A DNA stretch of 64,000 bases. Source: Massalongia carnosa (Eukaryota). Positions 37,257 through 47,951 of this stretch are shown here, piece after piece. Location: assembly GCA_965645245.1 (NCBI GenBank), contig OZ287071.1, positions 1,054,001-1,118,000 on the forward strand, in the 5' to 3' direction. Under the pieces are notes generated by a model. It saw only the letters and a list, made by a program, of their open reading frames with translations. It made no database searches and was not told the origin of the DNA. Position numbers and translations under genes: made by a program. Position 1 is the first letter of the stretch. The number at the start of each line of letters is the position of its first letter.

Positions 37257-39075
37257 ACGTAATTTACCCTCATTCGGGTCAGCCCCCCATTCGGGTCACC
37301 CCATTAAAATCTAGCGACCGAAAAAATTTCTATCCTGTTTATCTACCACCACCATATATTTATCTATTAATTGTAGATAAAATGTCCATTAATATGCCTA
37401 CACTTGACTCTGCTACTAAATTACAGTTGGCTATCGAAGAATTAGCCAAAAATCCGGGCATTTCGCAGCGGGAAATAGCGCGCCTTTACGGAGTTCCTCA
37501 GTCGACTTTACAGGCCCGGCTCAAAGGCAGGCGGGCCGCAAAACACTATCATCAAGCCGCCCAAAGGCTATCCGTCCACGAAGAACAGGCTCTGATTGAT
37601 TGGATAGAGCGGATGACCTCATGGGGTTGGCCGCCTCGTATCCAACATTTGGAAGGCATGGCCAGAAGTCTCCTGAACGCCAAAGGGGACAAAAATCCGT
37701 TGGGTCGTCATTGGTATCAAAAGTTCCTGAAAAGGCATCCCGATTTCAAAATCAAATACAATAGAAACCTCGATCAATCCAGAAAGGACGCTGGTAGTCC
37801 CGAAATTTTGCGTGATTGGTTCGAATTGTACACGACCACCTGGTCAAATATGGGATTTCAGATGAAGATACTTACAACATGGATGAAAAAGGCTTTGCTA
37901 TGGGCATCGCAGACAGTTCGAAGGTCATAATCAAAGGAACAACAACACCATTCAATGTGCATCCGGGAAATAGGGACTGGGTTTCTCTTATTGAGTGCAT
38001 ATCATCCCGCGGAACAGTTCTTCCGGCTTATATCATTTTCCAAGGTGCCCAAGTTCAACCTGCATGGTATGATGCTATGGAGACGAAGGCAGATACCGTT
38101 CGGGTCAGTCCCAATGGTTGGACGGATGCGGAGATAGGCCTTCATTGGTTGCAAACGGTGTTCAATAAGCATACAAAACCTGAACGAGGCATGTATAGGA
38201 TGCTAATTGTAGATGGCCATGAGAGTCACGTCTCCATTCCTTTTATGGAGTTTTGTGCCCAAGAGAAAACCATACCCCTTTGTTTGCCACCACATTCAAC
38301 TCATTTATTGCAGCACCTGGATGTCGGTGTTTTTGGCCCTTTATCTAAGGCCTATAAACAACTCGTTTCCAGCCAATCACGTTACGGGGCTGTGACTATT
38401 TCTAAGCTAGATTTTTTGCGCCTTATTCAGGTGGCTAGGAAACAGGCCATTACTACTACTAACATCATGAGTGCATGGCGGGGGGCAGGCCTCATCCCAT
38501 TTAATCCAGGGCATGTTCTAGGCAAGTTGCCTAGGCCTATCACACCTCCTACCTATCCAAACACCGTCACCGATGCCCCCCAAACGGAGCAATGAATCCA
38601 GGAAGTCAGTGATGCCCTTATATCCTGTATAACTCCATCTCTTCGCGCGCATGTTGAGTTGCTTAAAACAACTGCTTTGAATGCCGTCGCTGATAGGGTT
38701 ATTCTAAGACACACCAATCAAGAACTGATTGATAAAAAGGCTCAGGGACGTCAAAAAGCATCCAGAAAGGGGGGTGTTAAAGCGAGGGTGCTGACTGTGG
38801 GTGAAGGGCAGGCGATTGCGGAGGAAAAACAGAGGAAGGAAGAAGCATTGGCCAAATAAAAGGAACGGTACCATGCTTTAAATGGTAAAGTAAAGTTCGC
38901 AAAGGCCGTATGGAAGGAAATGCAGATGGATTGTGGTGTTTTTAGTTAGTTTTGGGGATGGTGGACGCAATGTAATATTTTTCTTTGGTGTAGGGCGAAG
39001 ATTTTTTTTGGTGGGGTGACCCGATTGGGTGGCTGACCCGAATGGGGGGCTGACCCGAATGAGGGTAAATTACGT
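37257..39075 (+). mobile_element. pogo/Fot1-family DNA transposon nested in the 3' noncoding region of piggyBac 2
   Basis: 42-bp TIRs ACGTAATTTACCCTCATTCGGGTCAGCCCCCCATTCGGGTCA. TA TSD at 37255-37256 and 39076-39077. Confidence 0.95.
37382..38949 (+). pseudogene. Disrupted Fot1/pogo transposase (HTH_psq, CENP-B HTH, DDE_1)
   Basis: YNMDEKGF, LIVDGHESH, LQHLDVGVF. Frameshift at about 37830 and in-frame stops at 38593 (TGA) and 38857 (TAA). Confidence 0.9.
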
Positions 39076-39744
39076 TAGTCATTACCCGGAGACGGCGCGT
39101 GTAAAATTGAATATTACCTAAATGGCTGCGTGGCTGCCAAATTGCCAGACGAAGGGATACAGTCACCCGGCTTCTGTTCGTAGATGTGGATGTTCGATGA
39201 GACGTAAGATAACGGAATCCATATATGCTACTCGTCGATAAAAATGTTAGGTATGTATCCGCGAGGTGCTGACTACGTTGATTGTCAGCCCCGCCAGCAG
39301 CGCATACTTTGGAATAGTTTCAGCTTCCCCCCAGCTCGGAAGACGTGATGGGTGGGTCAAGTTCGATAGCCAGAGCTGGGGTACTTGCTGGGTCCCTCTT
39401 ACCACCTAGAGGCTGAGGTCTTTTAAGGGAGAGGGTTTAGAGGGGTAGAGCAAATAAATAAACGAATGATAAGAGAGAGAAAATGAACGTATGAAAATTG
39501 TAGGTATGTATGCATGCAGACTCTACAATCCTAAGTTTTTTTTCTTCTTTTTTTGTAGAAAAATGAAACGAACTAAACTGATTAAAATAAACAAGAAGAA
39601 CGGAGCGAGCCCCCGCGCGAGCGACAATCAATCAAAGAAAGCGCGGAATAAAGTGATGATGATGTAGAGATAAAAACACCGATAAAGACAAAGAGACAGC
39701 AAGATATATATAGATAGATGGATATACATATCATCAAGAAACGA

Positions 39745-41235
39745 TCGGAAAATGACTACACTCGAACAATCAAACGCGCTCTCTCGAGAGCGCACAGCGA
39801 AAGGAGGAAAGGTTTGCACGTAAAGATCAAGGAGTATCTTGATCGAGTGGGCACCGTTGGTGACCCGGAGGCGTTGCAGTTGCTGAGAAACTCAGCGGAA
39901 ATTTTGCAAGCGCAAAATCTAGTCGATGACAAAGTTGCAGAAACTCCCAACAATATAGGTGACACATTACAGGCAATCCAACAATCATTGACAGAGCGCA
40001 ATGAGACCACTCCTCGCAGCTATGCCGCTGCTGCCACAGGGCAAGGCCGAGATGAGCCCGCACCCCCATAGAACCAAAACGTCAAGCCTCAACAGGCCCG
40101 CAAAGACAAAGCACCCACACCAAGAGAAGCGCGACGTGCCCGGGAAATCACCGTTCACATCACGGAGGATGCGGACAAGGAAAAAATGAAGCTAATGCCA
40201 ACCAAGGAGTTGGTAGAAACACTACAAAATGGAGCTGAAGGAATAAGGGGAGTGTCGCGTTTGTTAAACGGCGACATCAGGATTCACGCAGAGTCATTGG
40301 AAGCAAAGAAGACCCTGCAGAAGAAGACCGATTGGACCCGCATGGTGGCCGCCTCAGCTGCGGTGCACACCCGCACCTTCACCGTAAGAGCGAATGGAAT
40401 CAGGGTGGAAAACATCAAAGTGGCCAATCAATCAACAGCCATCACCTACCTTCAGGCCGCTAACGCACGCCTGCACCCTTACCTGAAGATCGTCAAAGTA
40501 GCCTGGTCAATCAAGGCCATCAGAGAGAAAAAAGCGTACTCGACGCTTCATATAGAGGTCGCCACCGCCGAGATGGCTAACCGGCTCATCACCGACGGCC
40601 TAATGGAAAGCTACGAAATAAAGGACTGCGAGCGCTTCACACGTGGTTGCACCATGACTCGATGCTTCAACTGCCAAAAATACGGACACATCGGTAGATC
40701 ATGCCGCAATCCCGCCGCCTGTGGTCACTACGCCGGTGGACATCAAAGCAAACAATGCAATCTGGAGACAACGGGGCAATACCGCCGTTGCGCCGTATGT
40801 GGAGAGAAGGGACACGAAGCATGGTCCACAGCATGCAAAGTCTGAAAAGCTGAAAAGCGAAAAACTGAAATAGCAATGCAAAACCGCGCCCCCCTCTATG
40901 CAATCGAATCACAACCGCCCTCATTTCAATTTCAACTTCAACGAGAGTCGACACCCACAGTCACACAAACGGACGAAATTCCGTCAACGTGGAAGATAGT
41001 AAACGGCAAGAAAAGAAAAATACACAACGCTACGCCCTCATCCGGCACACTCCCGGGCCCTCATCGGGGAGACGACGCACCCACCTGGGCTAATATAGGC
41101 ATCATGAATCCTGAAAATATGGTAAAGGCCTTAGCAAAACCAGTGCTGGGTAGGCCTCGTGTAGATTCCGTAGCATTAACGGCAGGAACTCAGGTCACAT
41201 CGAATACAGCGGCCGAAACGATGGAAATCCTATGA
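39745..41235 (+). pseudogene. LINE ORF1 (gag-like, three CCHC-type zinc knuckles)
   Basis: CFNCQKYGHIGRSC, CGHYAGGHQSKQC, CAVCGEKGHEAWSTAC. One frame broken by TAG at 40069 and TGA at 40843. The stop overlaps the ORF2 start (ATGA, 41232-41235). Confidence 0.85.
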
Positions 41236-44200
41236 GGGACACAAAATCCCTCTCTATATTACAGTATAATGTCAGAAATGACACCAGAGTGTGCTTTTAT
41301 GTCAACGACCTAATAGACACTGACAGCTGGGAGGTGGAATTCACCTCGGCCGACATGTGCACTTTGAAAATAAAGACCTACACCGAAGGCGTTATGGAAA
41401 CAATTCACGTCCATAATGTGTATAACCCCTCTCCCGCCTCCTATTCATCCACTGACAGTCCCACGACCTTACCGGCGGCTCGGAGCATGCTTACCGTCGA
41501 TGCGCATCACACACTACTTGGAGATTTCAACCTGCATCATCCCTTTTGGAATGGTCCCTCAAGACCCACACAACACGCTGCTGCTGATCAATTACTAGAA
41601 ATAATCGATGATCATAATCTTTCGTTGACACTGCCGAAAGGCACCGTAACATGGGAAGCAAGAAACACGTCTAGCACGATAGATTTGGGTTTCATGTCAG
41701 AATATCTAGTCGAAAGACTCGAACACTGCATGTCCAGACCAGAATTGAATCAATCGTCCGATCACGTACCGATATCAGCCCGCATCCTACTCGGAAGCGA
41801 GCCGCAACCGAAAATCAAACGCAGAGCATGGAAACTTCTAAACCTGGAAAAATTAAGGGAGGCTGAACGACACGCCCCTATACCAGAGTCTCCCCGCCGA
41901 GATTGATGCGTACACGGAATCGATTCAAAAATTTCTACAAAATGTCATCAACGAAGCAGTTCCATGGGCAAAATCTAGCGAATATGCTAAGCCATTCTGG
42001 ACAGAAGAATGCAGCATTGCCACCAAAGCCACACGGAAACTACGCCGCATTATGGTCCAGCACGTTAGACCTAACGGACTGGTCTAACTATATGAAATCC
42101 AATGATAAAAAACAGAAAATCATTCAAAAGGCAAAGAGAACAAACTTTCGTCAAGAAATCAGTAAGGCCACCGAAACGCCTCAGGGACTATGGCGGCTAG
42201 CGAAATGGGCCAAAGACAAAAGTCGTCTATCTAGAGAAGTATCCAAAATGCCGATGCTAAAATTCAATGACCAAGTAGCAGACACGTTTGACCAAAAAGC
42301 CGAAATGCTGAAAGGTGTCTTCTTTCCCGCACCACCACCGGCCGACCTAAGCGACATAGAAGGATCCTTCTATCCTACATCGCCGCACTGCCTAATAATC
42401 ATCACCAAGTCAGAAGTATCGACGGCCCTGAGTCGACTCAAGTCCGATAAGGCACCGGGCCCAGACGGCATATCTAACAGAATACTCAAAGCATGCAGCG
42501 AAAAACTTGTCGAACTACTAACACCTCTGTTTCAGGCGTGCGTCACCACTCGTACCACCCGCGGGCCTTCAAAATGGCAAACACAATAGCGCTGAAAAAA
42601 ACAGGCAAAGGAGACTATATCACGCCGAAAGCCTACCGACCAATTGCACTGCTCAACACGCTCAGTAAAATTATGGAATCCATCATTGGATCGAAAATAA
42701 CCTATCTAGCGGAAACACACCGGCTCCTACCCGACACACAGATGGGAGCAAGGAAGGGCAGATCCACAGAGTCAGCACTGGAACTGCTAACTGAACAGGT
42801 TCACACGATTTGGGGACAGGGAAAACACAAAGTAGCCACACTGCTAAGCATGGACGTCGCCGGCGCGTTCGATACGGTATCACATCAACGACTAACGCAC
42901 AACCTACGGAAAAAAAAAAATCAAAATGGATCACCGACTGGTTAAACAGCTTTCTAAGCGATCGAAGCACCACTTTAGCAATAAATCGAAAAGTCACCGG
43001 GCGGTTTGGGGTAAGAACGGGTATCCCGCAGGGCTCTCCCCTGTCATCCATTCTTTACCTATTTTACAATGCAGATCTATTGGAAATATGTGATCGACCA
43101 GGCAAAAACACAAGTGCCATAGGATTCGTAGACGACGCAAAAATTTTGGCATATGGAAAAAGCACCGAGGAAAACTGCAAAAACTCTAGAGGCAATACAC
43201 AGACAATGTGAGACGTGGGCTTCCCGGCATGGGTCCGTATTCGCTCCGACGAAGTACGAACTCATACACTTGTCCAGAAATCCCAAAAGATTCAACATGA
43301 CTGCATCCATCAATATTGCTAGCACCGAAATTGAACCCAAAAACGGACATCAGAGTATTGGGCCTACAAATCGACACTAAATTGAAATGGGGACCGCATG
43401 TTCGCAAAACGCAAGAGAAAATGGTCAAACAATCCATGGCATTAACAAAAATTTCCACATCAACCTGGGGTGCCACCTTCGCCAAGGCAAGGCAAGTTTA
43501 CAGTGCCGTGGTGCGTCCGGCCATGACATATAGGTCAACCGTATGGCACATGCCCAAAGAAGTCAAAAAGTCAAACGTCAACGAGCAAGCGCTCCGTCAT
43601 GCAAAACAATTGCCTTCGCACCATAGCCGGTGCCTTTTAAGCAACTCCCATCTCAGTACTAGAAGCAGAGACATTCATAGCGCCCATAGACACGCATCTC
43701 GACATGCTACAACAAGCACAGGCAAGGCACCGGCTCCGAGCCGGAGGCCAATTGAAGATCATCTCCTCCGCATACAACAAAATAGCTGACAAACTTCGAG
43801 GCAAGGCAGGTCGCAAACGACTTCAAAAGCCCACCCCGGGAGAGCTGAAACACATCTGGGCCAAAAGCCTACTGATCGACTCAAAAATAGTTCAACCATC
43901 AAAGGCACACCCACCATGGTTCGAAGTCTACCCGGCGTGGCACCGCGAAGCTACCGTTGCGGCAACGGCCCGACACAAGCAGATGCAAACAATCAAAGCA
44001 CGACAAATGAAGGTCTGGAACGACTCGTGGTGCGCATATCAAAATCGCGTCATCGAACCCTCTATAGCACAATCAGTCCCACTGAGCAAAAAACGGCTGA
44101 AAATACACACGCAGCTAAAAAAGGCAGAAAGCGCTCTAACAACACAAATCCGCACTGGCAAGATCGGGTTAGCTGACTTCCTCTACAAGCGACGGGTGCC

Positions 44201-44438
44201 CTCCATCACCTCACCGGCCTGCTCATGTGGCTGGCACAGACAAACTCCAGAACATGTAATCATGTTCTGCAGACTTATTGACAATAGAGAACAGATGTTT
44301 CGCGCCGCCGGCACGAGCGACTATCAGCAGCTGACCGAATCATCAAAAACTCTGAAGATACTAACTGCTTGGCTAATGAAAAGAGGCTTATTGAATCAAT
44401 TCTCACTAGCATCAACATTATTGTACAATCAACAATAG
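41232..44438 (+). pseudogene. LINE ORF2 (APE endonuclease, reverse transcriptase, C-terminal Cys/His finger) with multiple frameshifts
   Basis: LLGDFNLHHP, STIDL, SSDHVPI; KAPGPDGI, YRPIALL, DVAGAFD, GIPQGSPLS, GFVDD; CSCG..QTPEHVIMFC. Confidence 0.92.
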
Positions 44439-47177
44439 TTGAACCTTTCTTTCTTTCTTTCTTCTCTTTTCACAAGGCATTACAGTTCCCACACGTCTTT
44501 TGCACTGCGTCTCCCGCCCCGACGTCGCCCCGTAGTCACATCGGACGGGTATCAAGGGATATGGTTTTTACACCTGTGAAAGGTTTTCCATGTAACATAA
44601 CTTAGATAGCTTTGCCCGCATGGGCCGGCCTACGGCCGGTGTCATACCGGAGTATGAATACATCATCATCATCATCAAGAAACGAACCGAACCCCTTTTT
44701 TTGTGATTTTATATGGTAGGTTCTGGAATTGGGCGAAAAAAAATATAAAGGTAGAAGAGAGAGAGAGGAATAGAAAAAAAAAAGAAAAATTTACGTAAAT
44801 GCGTTTGTTTAAATAATCATGCGAGTTCCATCTTCATGGCCATTCTTATTCCCTAAGACTCATCGAATTCCTATTTCCGTAATCCATTTTTTCTTATTTT
44901 TCTTCTTCTTCTTCTCCTCCACGTCATCGTCGCCATCCTCCCCCCTCCCCGTAATCAGAGAATTCTATTCCTATTTCTATTTCAGTTTCTTCTCCGCTTT
45001 CCGTTCTCTTTCTCTCTCTCTTTCAAAGATGGCTTGCATTGATTGGCTAATATTAAACAAGAAGGGCAAGAAAAATCTTCGCGGGCGATGAATCACGAAG
45101 CCAGTCATTCAATCAATCACTCCAACAAACAAACAATCCAAGCAATCAAATGAGCGAAGAAAAGCACGACGTAAGATGTGAGCAAGCAAGAAAAGGAGAA
45201 TGATGACTGATAGATAAGAAACCAACTCCTTGTTTTCTTACAAGATTCTTAAATGCAGTGGAATTTCTGCAAAGGAGCGAAGAGAGAGAGAGAGAGATAG
45301 GGATAATTAGTTAGTTAGATGGAGAGATATAGAACGAGAGAGTAGAGAAATTTGTTTCCTTTTCTCATCGTTATCGTTACATTGAAACCCAATTCTCAAC
45401 ACCCGTCGATTTCCGTGTCTATTCTCCTCCTTTTCTCCGGCAACCTCTCCTTTCATACTCCATCAACCCATCGTCCCTATCTTACCTTCCTCCCTTCTCC
45501 AAAGTTATCAATCTCAAAACAGCCTCTCATCTGCCTGGCATTTCCCTTCCTCTTCCTCTTCCTCCCCCTCCTCTTCTCTGACGTCTCTTTTGTCATCCCA
45601 TTTCACCCCCTATTGCCTCCTCCTCTCCTCACCACGCAAAAAAACATATAAGAATAAAAACAACTACAAAAGCCCCTCCCTTAAACCCGACTTTCAGAGA
45701 GAGGGACAACGGTAAAGGAGCAGAGACCAAAAAAAAAAAAAAGCCAGAATGGAATAGAACAGAAAAGGATACAAAGTGTGATGCCTCTTTTTTGTAAAAC
45801 CAACTAAATTCAGAATTCGAAGAAGATCATTCATTCATTCCGCACACGCAAAAGTAGCAAACGCAGGCCCAGGAAGCCAGAAGCCAGAAGCCAGATCAGA
45901 GAGAGTATTCTATGTACAGAGCACACCCGTGACCTAACCAACCAGCCCCGTCCTAGCCTCAGCGCTTACGTACCCCTCCCATATCCACCATCACCACATC
46001 TTATCTCCCTCAAACCCATTCATTTCCCATCCCATATCTATGTAGGTACGTCACAACCTTTGGATTTAGTTATGTAGTTAGCGTGGGCGGTTACAAAAAA
46101 TGAAAGCCTCCCCGGTCCCGTCCATACTCCGTACTCCGCACCTTGACTAGGGACCTAGGTAGTTGTGGGTGGTACAGAAAAAGTGGTACCTACATAGTGA
46201 GCGATCGACCGAAATGGTGGGATTTTTTCCTCAATCTGCGGGTGGGCGGTTGGTTTTCGGGGACGCCGCTTTTATGGTGTGTGTGGGGGAGGGGGGGGTT
46301 ATTTTTAAATCTTCTCATTAGCAGTTCTGCATGGCGATACGAGGGGTGAGGGAGGGGTCTGGCGAGCGGTGATTGGTTGGGTTTCTCTGTATGCTCTCCA
46401 GAGTGATTATGCGGAAAGGGAGTTGCGGGTTTTGGATGGGCGGCTACGGCGACGAGTACGGGCGGTTTTGACCAAAGACGGGTTCGGTGATGATGGTGAT
46501 GATGGGGGGGCAAAGATGGAGAAATTAGTCATGGCGAACGAGTCAGGTTTTCGGACAGAGCGCAAAGGTGGTGTGGATTGCGGAAATTCAATAAATTGAG
46601 GTACAACAAACAATGAGATGGTATCAAAAACAAATGACGCGCTCGGGAGGTGTGCCTTCCCCAACTCGAACCGCTCTCTATCCCCCCGAGATTCAAGAGG
46701 TATATGTACGCCGATACACCAGGTACACCGGCAAACAGGACTTATCCGACAAAGAGCAGCAAAGGCGAAATCAACTCCCCAAATTCGTAAAATATATCCC
46801 CCCCCCCAAAATTCCCAGGTAGTTTTTCTCCATCCCGAGAGCCAAGCTCGAGAGGTTTTATCATGATTCGTGCCCTCCGTGTGGATTGTGGCGTGGATCA
46901 AGTCCGTTTGTTCGTTTGTTCATGGAATGGGTTTGGGTGGGAACTTGATTTTGGTCATCTTGTGTTGGCCGCACGACATCAAGTCGTGCGGAATGGTTCG
47001 TGTTGGATGAATGTTATGTGGTTGGGAAAAGAATGCAATGGTGGAAATGGTGGATTGAGGATCTATCGAGGATATAATGCCAAGGTGTATACGCACAATG
47101 TAGCGTTGAGATGGTTGTAAATGTAGGATCGACGCGGACGTGGAGGAATAGATGACGTGAGAGGCGAACATGATGAT

Positions 47178-47951
47178 TTACTCCAGTTTCCGTCTTTTGC
47201 CTTTCGGGGCTGGATCGAGAGGAGTGCGAGTATATGTGACCGTTCTCGTGACGACTTGGCGCACACTAACCGGCCGATGACACCCTGTTCGTGGCGATTC
47301 GTAATATCGAGTTTTGCCATCGAGAAACCAATCGGCAGGGGAGAAAGGAGAGCGCATGGCGCTGCTCTTGGGCGAGTCGGTCGCAGGAGAATGAATGGGC
47401 GACTGAGGGATCCGGAGTCTTCGTAGCGACGTTGGGGTGCGCGCCGAGTGGGGCGGTCGTACAAAGGGCGACGGGGGAATCATCGGCGCCGAGGATGTTT
47501 TATGAGCTTCGGAGCTGCATGAACATGTACTTCCTGCGCTGGATGGCGCAGACGTGGGTGTGGATTTGCCGGACCGGTCGGAGAAGGTTGGACTCCTCCC
47601 GGTCGAAGGACTAGAGACCGCTGGCGAAAGAGCTTTGAGAAATTCTGTATAAGCGGTGGGAGGCGTAATGGGCGTCCGAATGTCCTCCTCTTGCTTGATG
47701 ATGTCGAGGAAGCCAGACGCTGGACTCTTAGGCAGCTCCGAAGGCAGGGTCGCTGAGCGAGGGGTTTTAAGAGACGGAATACTTCGGGTTGGAAAGCTTA
47801 AGGATGTCTGGAGACTTGGGGTTGGAAGGCTCGAGGACGTCTTGAGGCTTGGTGTCGGAATGGTTGGTAAGGATGGGGACGGCAGGCTTGGAATCTGGAC
47901 TGTCGGGGTCTTGAGGGCCGGCAACGCGGGTTTTGGTGATGTTGAAGGCAT
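47178..47951 (-). CDS. Ser/Pro/Thr-rich fungal hypothetical protein with a basic, NLS-like C-terminus (257 aa)
   Basis: Open frame from ATG 47951 with N-terminal imperfect PSL(K/P/Q)TP repeats, TPITPPTAYTEFLKA and the end SVRQVVTRTVTYTRTPLDPAPKGKRRKLE*. Confidence 0.75.
   Translation of the reverse strand: MPSTSPKPALPALKTPTVQIPSLPSPSLPTIPTPSLKTSSSLPTPSLQTSLSFPTRSIPSLKTPRSATLPSELPKSPASGFLDIIKQEEDIRTPITPPTAYTEFLKALSPAVSSPSTGRSPTFSDRSGKSTPTSAPSSAGSTCSCSSEAHKTSSAPMIPPSPFVRPPHSARTPTSLRRLRIPQSPIHSPATDSPKSSAMRSPFSPADWFLDGKTRYYESPRTGCHRPVSVRQVVTRTVTYTRTPLDPAPKGKRRKLE

Larger units (their letters stand above)
35185..39157 (+). mobile_element. piggyBac-superfamily DNA transposon 2 (2152 bp once the nested Fot1 element is removed)
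   Basis: 28-bp perfect TIRs TCCCTTCGTCTGGCAATTTGGCAGCCAC at 35185-35212 and 39130-39157. Flanked by TA at 35183-35184 and 39158-39159. Confidence 0.95.
39745..44670 (+). mobile_element. Tad1-clade non-LTR retrotransposon (LINE), slightly 5'-truncated and decayed
   Basis: 15-bp TSD ATCATCAAGAAACGA at 39730-39744 and 44671-44685. (CAT)n 3' tail, gag ORF1 and EN-RT ORF2. Confidence 0.93.

Noticed and set aside
37190..37381. Apparent 5' extension of the Fot1 transposase ORF
   Set aside because: It starts at GTG outside the element and reads through the TIR. The real start is ATG 37382 or the next ATG.
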